Below, one piece after another: positions 37,004 to 46,319 of a stretch of DNA of 48,582 bases. The notes under the pieces are model-generated. The model did not search any database. It saw only the letters and a program-made list of their open reading frames with translations, and was not told the DNA's origin. The position numbers and the translations under genes were made by a program. Origin of the DNA: a virus (lineage: Duplodnaviria > Caudoviricetes); IMG/VR virus record IMGVR_UViG_3300025103_000030, positions 1 through 48,582 of that record. The stretch is one strand, 5' to 3'. How positions within the stretch are numbered: the first letter of the stretch is position 1; every line of letters begins with the position of its first letter.

Positions 37004-37620
37004 TAGACATACCTAACGTGATACGGATCAGCCTCTGCATCAGGAGCCGTAGGCCATCCCCAATAGGTTTTATCTACGGTACGATTTACAATTTGAGTCT
37101 CGGGGCCGATAGTCTCAACACCCAACTCGTCGTAGGTGGACACCTTTCGTTCTTCCTGCACCTCATGGTTCTGAAAGTTCTTGACTGCCTGCACAGATGC
37201 AAAGGCTTCAACACCGTTCTCAAGACTGTTACCGTGAGCGCGAACCTCGTTACGGTAGGTTGTCCATGCTTCTTCCATGGCAGTGCCGCCGTCTGCCGCT
37301 CTGATAACCATCCAATCAGAAGAAGAAAGCAACGAGCCAACGTGTGCGTTGATCTTCTCAATCACCTGAGACTTCAGAGATTCAACATCCTTCTCTGTGG
37401 TCGCGTAGGAGATTACCCACTCGCCGTCAGTAAAGGTGTAAGACTCCGCACCAGTGTTGTAGTAACGACTGTCAGGTACGTCTACACGCGCAGGAGCGAT
37501 GCCTATATCAAGCAGTTCTGCTTTTGACCATGCTCTGAAGATGTTGGATGGATGCTGGATGCCGTCAACCGTTAAGGCGCGAGGCGTTTTAATTGTTCCA
37601 AATGTTTCGCTATACCACAT
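37003..37620 (-). CDS. Fibre assembly chaperone-like protein
   Basis: LL.SSDWMVIRAAD...W..YR..VR ... WP..P tail-fibre chaperone motif; follows the large fibre gene. Confidence 0.7.
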   Translation of the reverse strand: MWYSETFGTIKTPRALTVDGIQHPSNIFRAWSKAELLDIGIAPARVDVPDSRYYNTGAESYTFTDGEWVISYATTEKDVESLKSQVIEKINAHVGSLLSSSDWMVIRAADGGTAMEEAWTTYRNEVRAHGNSLENGVEAFASVQAVKNFQNHEVQEERKVSTYDELGVETIGPETQIVNRTVDKTYWGWPTAPDAEADPYHVRYV

Positions 37621-37622
37621 AA

Positions 37623-40600
37623 TTACCTCGCATTAGATGTTTTGAATGGTGATTCGGCAAAGGCTATATAAATATACGTTAAAGCATCATTTATATAAGC
37701 AGAACTCTCTCTCATTTTAATTCCATTAGAAAGAAAATCTAAGTTCCTTGAAGTTCCTTCAGAACTGTCACTATCGGGTTTTAAGTCTGTCGTAACCTCG
37801 TTATATGGATTGCGTTTATTATCAAACATTACCCAAGACCTAGACGCATCTAGTTCTTTAATTATAACCATCGCGGGTTTAAATCCCGTATAGATGAATG
37901 CCCCGTCAGCGTCGTTATTACCTTCGTAACTGCCTACCTTGCTGAACCCCGGCACTGAATGGAAGCAGTAGGCGATCATTGCGCTTGCCGAGTTGGTGTT
38001 GCCACTGTCTCCTACGGTAAAAGTAGATGCGCCGGGTGCGGCTCCCCAATAAGCAGCAGAAGTAGCCACGCTATCAGGATCATTTAAAAGCAAATATTGG
38101 TTTGCTGTGCCAGTTATATTAGTTGTATTAGTTGGCCAACCCCTTACACCGGCTCTATCCTTAACAATAATTAATTCTGGAGCCTGACTTAATCCGTGAC
38201 CGATTGTGTTAGACGTTAAATTTCCTGTCCAACTGACTATCGAAAATCCAGCGGTAGTATTCGCACTTACTGAACTGGTGATAGAGCCGTCACTGTTAGA
38301 GGATGCTGTGCCTCCTCCTTTCCATGCCCACCCGGCATAGGTTGGGCCGCTTTTGTTTACAGTCCAACTGCTATCGTCTGCTCCCATTGTCCAACCGTCG
38401 GAATCAAACGATGTAATGGAGTCGGCATCAGTAGTTTCTGCATCAGTATTGTTTGAGAATAATGACTCACCTGCTCCACGAACTGAGTCTTGCAAGTTGT
38501 GAAGATAAGAGTTATCTCTTGATTTGATCCATGTGAAATCTGGAGCAAACGCAAGGGACGAAATAGATTTTGTCGCTCCTGTTCCAGTGTAGAGGGTGGT
38601 GTCAAAATGATCTGTAGGTAAAGCAATAGCAGGGTCATCAAGATTAGAACTGTTTAACGCTTTGTATCCTGTAGGTGGCGTGTAATAGAAGTCAGATCCC
38701 GCCGCGCCTGATGTTTTTGCGCCGGCGAATGAGGAGTCTTGACCGAAATTTAGAACTCCTGAGTCTGTAGTTCCCCAATTAACATCGCTCCAAAACGGAG
38801 TAACAAAACTACTCATGTCACTACCGCTTAACAAGTCACTAAACTGAGCATTACTTCCTGCGGCGGGATCGCCAGAAGATATAAAGGTTCCATTTTTAGA
38901 AAACCACATCTTTCCGTTATCCATGTCAACAGCGCATCCAACAATATCTCCAGTTGTCCATGTTGTTCCAGATGCTGATGATCCTGTGCCATATAAGTCA
39001 CCGCCATCAAGCCAAACTCTATTTCCTACATTAGTTGTGGCAAAATTTTGGTTATAATCTGTTTTGGCAATTCCAATTGCAGGATAATTTGCTGATGCCG
39101 CGTAATATTCAAAGTACCATTTACCACTAGCAACGCCAATAGTTCCTAGTGTTGCACCGTTATACCCTGATGAAGATGTATCTGGAGAAGATACACTTAG
39201 ATTTCCTTCTGATAACTTACCTCTTGCTGATGGCGCTTGGGGAGGAACCCATAAAGGACTCAAAGTACAGTAGTTATTCGTCGGGCTATCAAGTACCTGA
39301 TCTGTAGCAACCAGATTAGTTGCAGAGAAATCGTTTTCATTCCCAGAACTATCCGCGCCTAGTCCACCATCAAAGTCTGAGTGGATCAGGAGTTTAGTGT
39401 TTGAATCTGCGACAAATGCTGTGGTAGATGGTGTAAAGGCTCCTGTATATCTGGCGCTGTTGGAGATTCTTATTTCGTCCATGTAGCCAGTAAGATAAGA
39501 GCCACTCGCCCCATTTTGACCAATAGATAATGGGCCAGAAATATCATCTGTATCAGTATCTGTGATCGTATTAGAAAGAGCAGTACCATCAAGATACAGT
39601 GTGTAGGTATTTGAATTTTTAACTAGGGCAACATGATGCCAATTTGTATCTGTAATTTCACCTGACCCACCAGAGGCATAACCACTAGAAATAACCCAAC
39701 TGCCTCCGCTCTTTAGTCCAAATTCAAGGCCATTATTAGACCCTGCTCCGTTGTGACTAATTTCCCATTTATTAGAACTATCCTCATACTGTCCGAATAA
39801 ATGCTCTGCTTGGGAGTGGTTGTCAAGTTTTACCCACGTTTCCGTAGTCCAATCTCCTGAGCCAAATATGTTCCAGTCTGTTGAATCAGCAACGCTAAGA
39901 TAATCACCAGTGCCATCAAACTTAATGGATGAAGTGCCTATCTTTTCTTGAGCGCGGGAGTTGGCTACGTCACCGTTAGCGGTTATGGTGTGCGATGAAG
40001 AACTGCTATCAGTAAAACTATTCGCTAGTTCCGTGGCTGAGTAAGATTGGTAGAACCCGTTTGTTCCGTAACTTCCTGTGTACTCAAGAGGAAGCCATTG
40101 GTTAGTGGCTGAATTTGATTCTGCGAAACTCGCTGGGGTGAGGGCTTGGCCGTCGATCCAATGAACTTCTGCTAGGTAGCCGTCAAACGGCAGGCTTGAT
40201 GAAAAAGCGCGCTCACCAATTCTGTGGACTACGGTATTGTTTGCCGCGTACTCACCATCCTGCGCGGCACTATTAGTCGATGTACCAAAGGCGGTGACTT
40301 GTTCACCATTTAAATAAACTTTAAAAAGAGGTGATGCTGGTGTTGTGTCGCCTGAAACTACAATATGATACCAAGCAGATGGATCACGAAGCACCTGTGT
40401 TGTAACATACTCTACGGTAGTTGTATTACCGTGAATTACGGTAAAAGATATTTTATCCGTGTGTATTGCTAGAGTGACTTGATCTGCACTTGCGGCTCCA
40501 AAAGCAAATATGTTTTGAATTGAGCCTAAATTCCCACGCTTTACCCAACTGCTCCAAGTCCAAGTTTTGCGATTGCCTGCACTGCTTGGAGTCCTACTCA

Positions 40601-40712
40601 GATAAGCAGGGCCACCATCCTCAAACCGCAACGACTGGTCGATCTCATAAGGAGGCTGATTCTTTCTGTAGCCCGCCCCCGTTATAGCATTGTTGCCAGT
40701 TAATCCTGTCAT
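37623..40712 (-). CDS. Large receptor-binding/fibre protein with two LamG (ConA-like) domains and a SPRY-like domain
   Basis: SLRF...WTWS.WVKR, WYHIV, GY(L/M)(A/D)E, WHHVALV, SGKWYFE, PTGYKAL, PDF.WIK.R, GFSIV.W.G motifs. Confidence 0.8.
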   Translation of the reverse strand: MTGLTGNNAITGAGYRKNQPPYEIDQSLRFEDGGPAYLSRTPSSAGNRKTWTWSSWVKRGNLGSIQNIFAFGAASADQVTLAIHTDKISFTVIHGNTTTVEYVTTQVLRDPSAWYHIVVSGDTTPASPLFKVYLNGEQVTAFGTSTNSAAQDGEYAANNTVVHRIGERAFSSSLPFDGYLAEVHWIDGQALTPASFAESNSATNQWLPLEYTGSYGTNGFYQSYSATELANSFTDSSSSSHTITANGDVANSRAQEKIGTSSIKFDGTGDYLSVADSTDWNIFGSGDWTTETWVKLDNHSQAEHLFGQYEDSSNKWEISHNGAGSNNGLEFGLKSGGSWVISSGYASGGSGEITDTNWHHVALVKNSNTYTLYLDGTALSNTITDTDTDDISGPLSIGQNGASGSYLTGYMDEIRISNSARYTGAFTPSTTAFVADSNTKLLIHSDFDGGLGADSSGNENDFSATNLVATDQVLDSPTNNYCTLSPLWVPPQAPSARGKLSEGNLSVSSPDTSSSGYNGATLGTIGVASGKWYFEYYAASANYPAIGIAKTDYNQNFATTNVGNRVWLDGGDLYGTGSSASGTTWTTGDIVGCAVDMDNGKMWFSKNGTFISSGDPAAGSNAQFSDLLSGSDMSSFVTPFWSDVNWGTTDSGVLNFGQDSSFAGAKTSGAAGSDFYYTPPTGYKALNSSNLDDPAIALPTDHFDTTLYTGTGATKSISSLAFAPDFTWIKSRDNSYLHNLQDSVRGAGESLFSNNTDAETTDADSITSFDSDGWTMGADDSSWTVNKSGPTYAGWAWKGGGTASSNSDGSITSSVSANTTAGFSIVSWTGNLTSNTIGHGLSQAPELIIVKDRAGVRGWPTNTTNITGTANQYLLLNDPDSVATSAAYWGAAPGASTFTVGDSGNTNSASAMIAYCFHSVPGFSKVGSYEGNNDADGAFIYTGFKPAMVIIKELDASRSWVMFDNKRNPYNEVTTDLKPDSDSSEGTSRNLDFLSNGIKMRESSAYINDALTYIYIAFAESPFKTSNAR

Positions 40713-41092
40713 GAATAATTAAGAGTTGCTACCGCTTGGATGTTGGTACTATCTAATACAACATAGTCAATACGATCTACTCCTGCCGCCGTAGTGGTCA
40801 GGGTTGGTGCAGTGCCTCCTATAAAATCCCAGTAAGAACCCCAACTTCCAGTTCTCGATCCAGTCCCATCTTGAGTAATAAAGATAGAACCTGTTTGTCC
40901 TGCTGTAATACTAGTAGGATTCTGGAACGTAGCGTTGTGTCCTAGAGTAACTTTAAAGTTATTACTATTAGATAAGTTAATGGTAATGCTTGCCGCTGAA
41001 GTTAGTGTAGTTATATTTCCAGATGTTGCGCTTACTGCTATAGTAGCGCCACTGGTACGAGGCTCCATTGCATTTACTTTTAATGTACTCAT
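40709..41092 (-). CDS. Short fibre adaptor protein (branch 3)
   Basis: MSTLKVN..P N-terminus; I.QDGTGSR...W.....GGTAPTLTT.A..VD. Confidence 0.65.
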   Translation of the reverse strand: MSTLKVNAMEPRTSGATIAVSATSGNITTLTSAASITINLSNSNNFKVTLGHNATFQNPTSITAGQTGSIFITQDGTGSRTGSWGSYWDFIGGTAPTLTTTAAGVDRIDYVVLDSTNIQAVATLNYS

Positions 41093-41337
41093 GTTATTGC
41101 CTCAATCTCTGCATCAGTAAGGCCCAACGCTTTTAGTTTTGCGTTACCAGATGCTTTGTCTGCGGCTTTTTGTACAACTTCCGCTTCTTGCTCTACTTGT
41201 AGCCTTGCGATTTCTGCGTCGATTTCTGCTTGTGTAGGTTGCGTAATGTCAGGACTGCTCCAGACAATCTCGTCATCAATGATGGCGTAACTTGCGCCGG
41301 GGGTAAGAGAGCGTATTGCGTCAACAGTAGTAATCAT
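41089..41337 (-). CDS. XkdW-like small fibre chaperone
   Basis: AI.SL.PGA......I.W......PT.AEI, KLKALGLTDAEI; ATGA overlaps. Confidence 0.6.
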   Translation of the reverse strand: MITTVDAIRSLTPGASYAIIDDEIVWSSPDITQPTQAEIDAEIARLQVEQEAEVVQKAADKASGNAKLKALGLTDAEIEAIT

Positions 41338-41921
41338 GCTCCTATCTCCCATGCGCGAATAAATCGGTAAGAATCACTTTCGGTAAAATATGCGACGTTA
41401 TTCCCTGCTGTATAAACGTATAACTGATAATTACAGGCACTCGTAGTTGATGGGGAATCCGTGTAACTTGATCCCCAAGGCATCCGATGACTTGCCTGTG
41501 TGTTTATATTAATGAGCGATTCAGTATTGATAGAAGAATAACTGCCGCTTGCAATCTGCCTATAAAGTTTCGCTAATCCGGCATAGGAATTGGCTTGAGT
41601 GCCGCCAGCGGACGATCCGAATTGGATCAAGATTTTGGAACTCGTTGCTGACGGAGTGATGCTCACCAAGAATGTTGATCCGGCAGATGCGGGAGTTGTG
41701 TTGTTATCGACCGAAATTGCTCCAGAGTACCCCTCTGTTGTGACGTACTGAAGCACCTTCCCCGCTGACAGACCTGTTACGGTTGCGCCAGTAACGTCTA
41801 GCGTTCCATTCACATCTAGTGTCGCGCCAGATGGAGAAGAAAACGTATCGCCAGAGTCTCCTAGCGTAAATGCAGTCCCTGTAGCAGGGCTGATCTTGTT
41901 GGCTTTAATTTCGCTACTCAT
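41334..41921 (-). CDS. Short fibre protein (branch 2)
   Basis: MSSEIKANKISP N-terminus; GKVLQ, ITPS.TSSKILI, DSPSTTSA..Y, EIGA C-terminus. Confidence 0.7.
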   Translation of the reverse strand: MSSEIKANKISPATGTAFTLGDSGDTFSSPSGATLDVNGTLDVTGATVTGLSAGKVLQYVTTEGYSGAISVDNNTTPASAGSTFLVSITPSATSSKILIQFGSSAGGTQANSYAGLAKLYRQIASGSYSSINTESLININTQASHRMPWGSSYTDSPSTTSACNYQLYVYTAGNNVAYFTESDSYRFIRAWEIGA

Positions 41922-42199
41922 GGTTTAGTCGGCCAAGTAACCGCCTCCACTTCTTCTACAGTTGTTAAGCCGTTAGTAATATCTCGCAAAGCCTTACGAT
42001 AATCTTGCATTGCGTCTGACATGGTTACGTCTTGCAGTGCGTACCAGTCTGTCTGAGCAAGCCTTCTGTCCCTATCGGAGCGGAGATTAGCAATAGAGCG
42101 ATCAAACGCACCCGCGTCCCATGCCGCTTCTTCCGCTTCGCGTTGTTCTACTTCAGCGTCGGTAAGTTCTACGCGCTGACCGTTTACTATTTTATGCAT
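41918..42199 (-). CDS. Tail-fibre assembly chaperone
   Basis: LR..RDR.LAQTDW, YR.ALRDIT, WPTKP. Confidence 0.85.
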   Translation of the reverse strand: MHKIVNGQRVELTDAEVEQREAEEAAWDAGAFDRSIANLRSDRDRRLAQTDWYALQDVTMSDAMQDYRKALRDITNGLTTVEEVEAVTWPTKP

Positions 42200-42738
42200 T
42201 AACCTACTCCGTAAAGATATATATTGCCGTCAAAGTTGCCAGACGATTGCTTAAAAGATATTTCATCAATGGCAGAGGTCGTGTTTATATACCCCGCGAC
42301 AAACGTATTGTTTGACCCAGATGAATGTCTATAGGTATTAAATTTTGAATAAAAATGTTTAACTTTAGACGTTGAACTTGGGGAAAAAAGATGAAGTTCT
42401 CCCGCGCAACATTCATCAGCACCATTACCGACACTTTCCGTTAGGTATTGATAACCTGTTCCTTGCGCTTGATCTGCCCAAGCCCCATAAGAGACCGCAC
42501 CACTTGCACCAGATTCAAGATGATTAGCGTCAAACCATGTAGTAGTCATGGTTTCGTTGAATCCAGACCCACCAGACGCATTTACTTGAAACGTAAAATA
42601 TTTATCATCCGTAGCCGGATTTATATCCACAAAATAAAAAACATACTCGTCATAGGTAGAGTCGATCCCGCTAGTGAACTCCACGCTTGACGCGCCTGAT
42701 GCCGTGGCTGATGAGATGAGTGTTAATTTTCCGCTCAT
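42199..42738 (-). CDS. Fibre head-domain paralog C
   Basis: L.LISSATAS...F...IDSTYD.Y, KHFYS, GYINTTSA, SSGNFDG.IYLYG. Confidence 0.7.
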   Translation of the reverse strand: MSGKLTLISSATASGASSVEFTSGIDSTYDEYVFYFVDINPATDDKYFTFQVNASGGSGFNETMTTTWFDANHLESGASGAVSYGAWADQAQGTGYQYLTESVGNGADECCAGELHLFSPSSTSKVKHFYSKFNTYRHSSGSNNTFVAGYINTTSAIDEISFKQSSGNFDGNIYLYGVG

Positions 42739-43268
42739 GATGCCACCAGTCCGTATTGTTTTATTACGCCGTCAAAGTTGCCGCTTGACATCAACATTTT
42801 GCATTTATCTAATGCGCTAGTTGTATTGAAATATCCCGCAACATAATTGTTAATTGAATAACCTCCATACTCAAATTGATTAGAGGTTGAATAAAAATGT
42901 TTTACATAAGTTGTGCTTGTCGGATTGAACAGCAATAACTCTCCCGCCGCGCACTCATCTGCGCCGTTACCGATACCTCCACAAAGAATTTGGTTGCTTG
43001 TTGATTGCGCTAAGTCATAAGATGCAACATATTCCAAACCGGCAGATGAATCATTTTCTAAATGTTTTGCCCAAAAAAATGTTGTTGTTTTTGTTGTGCC
43101 GTAAGAACTTGAAACAGAGCAATCAAAAACGAGATTTGCACCATTTGTCGCCGGATTCACATCAATAAACACAAACTTAAATATCTTGTAGCCAGTCAGG
43201 TCAGTAAACTCGACATTTGCCGCGCCAGATGCTGTGGAGGTATTGAGTAGTTTCCAGTCATCACTCAT
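42735..43268 (-). CDS. Fibre head-domain paralog B
   Basis: Same motif set: STTYVKHFYS, GYFNTTSA, SSGNFDG.IKQYG. Confidence 0.7.
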   Translation of the reverse strand: MSDDWKLLNTSTASGAANVEFTDLTGYKIFKFVFIDVNPATNGANLVFDCSVSSSYGTTKTTTFFWAKHLENDSSAGLEYVASYDLAQSTSNQILCGGIGNGADECAAGELLLFNPTSTTYVKHFYSTSNQFEYGGYSINNYVAGYFNTTSALDKCKMLMSSGNFDGVIKQYGLVAS

Positions 43269-43849
43269 TACTTAATCCCCCACATCTTGATCGTGCCTTC
43301 ATCAATATTGCCGGTGTCCATCAAGAACTTAACTGATGAAAGCGCAGAAGTTGTATTGAAATAACCACCCAAATAGCCATCAAACGCCGCATTAGAATCT
43401 TGCTGTAATGATGTTCTTGAATAATAATGCTTAACGTAAGTTGTGCTTTTAGGATTGAAAAGTGTTAAACATCCATTTGCACATTCGTCGCTGTTTCCCA
43501 TTCCAACATCAAAGCCGATAGTAATATTTGAAGTGCTTTGCGCTAAGTCTCTGCCTGTCGTATATCCTAAAAGTGCGGTTGAATCTTCTTGCGTGTGGTA
43601 AGCACGAAAATATGTATTGGTTGTAGTCACTCCATAACTTGAGCCGTCTGTACTTGCTTGAAACATAAAAGCAGCAGTAGTGCTTGGGTGAATACCAACA
43701 AATTGAAAATTTACCTGTTTATAAGCAGTCGGCAACGTGAACTCAATGGATGCGCTACTGCTTGCTGTCGCAGTGGACAACAATACGGCTGATCCGCTAT
43801 CGACTCCCGCTACGCCATAGAGGGCTACTTTGTTTGCACCTAATGGCAT
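43268..43849 (-). CDS. Fibre head-domain paralog A (carries an extra N-terminal peptide)
   Basis: MPLGANKVALYGVAG leader, then STTYVKHYYS, GYFNTTSA, GNIDEG.IKMWG. Confidence 0.7.
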   Translation of the reverse strand: MPLGANKVALYGVAGVDSGSAVLLSTATASSSASIEFTLPTAYKQVNFQFVGIHPSTTAAFMFQASTDGSSYGVTTTNTYFRAYHTQEDSTALLGYTTGRDLAQSTSNITIGFDVGMGNSDECANGCLTLFNPKSTTYVKHYYSRTSLQQDSNAAFDGYLGGYFNTTSALSSVKFLMDTGNIDEGTIKMWGIK

Positions 43850-44239
43850 CTACTTCATATCCGCGCCAGCGAGGAATCCGTACCAGATCGTGCCGCCGTC
43901 AACAGTGGTAAACGTAAGCACATCAATTCCTGCTGTAGTAAGAGTTGGCGCAGTACCTCCAGCCCAATCTACTGCTCCGGGCCAGTTCACAGTCTGTGAC
44001 CCACCGTTAGTAAGGATCAGAGTAAACGATCCACACTTGCCAGAGGCGGGTGGATTAGTAAATGTGAAGGTATTGGCTGAAGTATTGACAGTTGCGGTGA
44101 CTACATTTCCACTAGCAAGGTTAATAGCCTGTGATCCTCCACCTGTAGCACCAATGACATTTACTTCTTCACCATATGCTTCAATAACGGTTTGATTGCC
44201 AGATTCCGGCGAAAGAGTATTTACATTTATGGTACTCAT
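43850..44239 (-). CDS. Short fibre adaptor protein (branch 1), paralog of 40709-41092
   Basis: MSTINVNTLSP N-terminus; W.GGTAPTLTT.G.D motif shared with 40709-41092. Confidence 0.65.
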   Translation of the reverse strand: MSTINVNTLSPESGNQTVIEAYGEEVNVIGATGGGSQAINLASGNVVTATVNTSANTFTFTNPPASGKCGSFTLILTNGGSQTVNWPGAVDWAGGTAPTLTTAGIDVLTFTTVDGGTIWYGFLAGADMK

Positions 44240-44409
44240 ACAACCACCAATGTACCAGTTACAGTGACGGTTCCTGTCAGAGTAACTGGCCCCGCAAGCA
44301 CGGCTGATTCAATGGTGTGATCTCCATCAACAGTAGCCTGATGAATAAAGAACCCATCCTTTGCGGCTTCTTGTCCTATGTACTGGTTTCCATTAACTAC
44401 TTCAGCCAT
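44236..44409 (-). CDS. Small beta-rich connector (57 aa; not in ORF track)
   Basis: AGGAGG RBS; ...SAVLAGPVTLTGTVTVTGTLVVV C-terminus; ATGA overlap. Confidence 0.7.
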   Translation of the reverse strand: MAEVVNGNQYIGQEAAKDGFFIHQATVDGDHTIESAVLAGPVTLTGTVTVTGTLVVV

Positions 44410-44417
44410 GATTCCTC

Positions 44418-44750
44418 CTACGTAGAAATGCTATCTACATACGAAACCCATACATCGAGAGATGAGCCTGTATTTGATTTAATTTTAAGAACATCCGTAG
44501 TCTGTATAACAATCTTTGCACCACCCTGAATAAGTTCTACTGAAGAACTTGGGGGAATAGTCAAATTTTTACAGATATGATAGTCTGTTCCTGACCCCGT
44601 TTTGTCAATGTAGCAATCGCATGTAACAGCGGCAGTCAAAATATTAGTTACACGAATTCCGATGAGAGCATCGTCAGAATTGCTTGTCACTAAATCTGTT
44701 TCGGATGTACCCACTGCTGACGCACATGCTCGTTCAAAATCCTGTGCCAT
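44418..44750 (-). CDS. Small structural adaptor protein
   Basis: Beta-rich; IP..SS.ELI.GG.KIV....D.LKI.S.....LDV.VS pattern. Confidence 0.65.
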   Translation of the reverse strand: MAQDFERACASAVGTSETDLVTSNSDDALIGIRVTNILTAAVTCDCYIDKTGSGTDYHICKNLTIPPSSSVELIQGGAKIVIQTTDVLKIKSNTGSSLDVWVSYVDSIST

Positions 44751-44759
44751 TATAATCCC

Positions 44760-45026
44760 CTATAAAGCAATAGCCATAGCAACTGCAAAACCGGGACTTG
44801 CCGCAGTAACGGTTCCCCAAGAAGTGTCTGTGCCATCGTTGGTTAAATATTTACCCGATTGCCCTGAAACGTTAGGAACAATTGCGGTAGTTGATGAAGA
44901 AGGAAAACTATTTTTTAAAACTGTTTTCAACATCCTAAGATGATCATCACCTTCACTTACAGGGTCTGTCGCTGTTGGATTTGAACTGTTTAATTGCGTT
45001 ACCCATGTTGCTGTTTCTAGTGACAT
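44760..45026 (-). CDS. Short fibre anchor protein
   Basis: LN.SNP..TD...EGDDHLR.LK..LKN.FP N-terminal anchor, GKYLT.DG...SW, C-terminal AMAIAL. Confidence 0.65.
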   Translation of the reverse strand: MSLETATWVTQLNSSNPTATDPVSEGDDHLRMLKTVLKNSFPSSSTTAIVPNVSGQSGKYLTNDGTDTSWGTVTAASPGFAVAMAIAL

Positions 45027-45035
45027 TTACTTCTC

Positions 45036-45479
45036 CTAAGTAAGTTCAAAGATACCGTTAGAACTTGGTGTAACGGTAAGTGTATTATTTTGGGTTAGAT
45101 TAAACTGAGAAGTAGTAAGCCTAGACCAACAGACTAACTTTCCTCCTGCTTGATATATAACAGCGTACTTAACGTTGTTAACATCGCCGCCAGTAGCAGT
45201 CCATACGCAAGCAGTAGAATCAAACCTATACTTGTTAGTAGCGGCAGATGCCCAAGTACGAGCAGTAACAGACTTGCCGCCTGTAGCGTAACCATTTCCA
45301 TTAGCCACTTCATTCGCAAGAGAGGCTTGTGTGGATAATGCTACGTTATTAACATTAGCACTAGCCGCGCTTGTATGAAGAGCCATGTAAAACCCTGTTC
45401 CAGTACCGTCTAGGTCAAACTGTGCGTTGCCCAGATACTCTCTGAAACTATTGTAAAAACTCCATGCTGTAGCCGCCAT
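45036..45479 (-). CDS. Putative virion structural protein
   Basis: YNSF.EYL, MAL.TS, NEV..GNGY.TGG, WTA.GG, YAVIY, GIF C-terminus. Confidence 0.65.
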   Translation of the reverse strand: MAATAWSFYNSFREYLGNAQFDLDGTGTGFYMALHTSAASANVNNVALSTQASLANEVANGNGYATGGKSVTARTWASAATNKYRFDSTACVWTATGGDVNNVKYAVIYQAGGKLVCWSRLTTSQFNLTQNNTLTVTPSSNGIFELT

Positions 45480-46319
45480 TTAAGCCGCCTCCTTTAACGA
45501 TTCTGGATTCTTAATAATGTGTGATATAAGTCCATCACCATGAACTATAAGATCATAGTTTGATCCAGTAGCACCTATTAACTGAACAAACTCTTTTGCT
45601 TGATGATAATGGGCTACAGTGCATCTAAATTGCTTCCCACCTACTACTAAATCTATCTCCTGTTCTTTGTCATTTTCAGGTTGATCATATGCGTGATGAT
45701 GTTCCATAATGCAACTATCAAATCCAAAAATTTCAAATTTATGAAAACCTAATATTCTAAGTAAATGTAACGCCCTAAGAGTAACAGTAGAGCCGCCCAT
45801 AATAGGAAAAAAATCTACGTATTCTTTTCCATATTGGTCACGAAGAATATCAATATTTTCTTCTTGTGTATCGCAATGCCATATCCAAACTTCTTTACCA
45901 TTTAGTTTGTCAAAAACTTTTGGATGACATTGAGATGATACAAGGTATTTGCATCCGTCAATAACTGGATCAGCAAATCTGTGATTAAACTCTCTGCTAT
46001 CTAACATTATAAATGCAGAAGGATTAATGCCTCTTTCTATACAGTACTTATAAGTTCCGTTAACTGTAACTATTGGAACTCCGTCTTTCTTTCTTTTCTC
46101 TACAATGTTAAATGTATCTTTTAAAGACGGTCCACCAGTTATTAAACAAATTTCTTTTTCCCACTGAGTTTCATGCGGAGTTACTTGGTTTAATCCTAAA
46201 GAGATATTATGTTTAATGTTGTTTCTTATTTCTTCTTGGTCTGCATTTACAGAAACAAATATATCTGGAACAGGTGTGAGTATTTGTACTTCAGGTGGAT
46301 GCCCTTTAAATCCACTCAA
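45480..46319 (-). CDS. DUF115 / Maf (MptE-like) putative glycosyltransferase
   Basis: GGPSL, VN......I.P......D, GGSTV..RAL.L...LGF......GFDS motifs. Confidence 0.75.
   Translation of the reverse strand: MSGFKGHPPEVQILTPVPDIFVSVNADQEEIRNNIKHNISLGLNQVTPHETQWEKEICLITGGPSLKDTFNIVEKRKKDGVPIVTVNGTYKYCIERGINPSAFIMLDSREFNHRFADPVIDGCKYLVSSQCHPKVFDKLNGKEVWIWHCDTQEENIDILRDQYGKEYVDFFPIMGGSTVTLRALHLLRILGFHKFEIFGFDSCIMEHHHAYDQPENDKEQEIDLVVGGKQFRCTVAHYHQAKEFVQLIGATGSNYDLIVHGDGLISHIIKNPESLKEAA

Noticed and set aside
42199-43849. Diversity-generating retroelement or invertase shufflon acting on the fibre paralogs
   Set aside because: No reverse transcriptase or recombinase ORF in the window; paralogs differ at all base types, are co-oriented and share only short identical blocks
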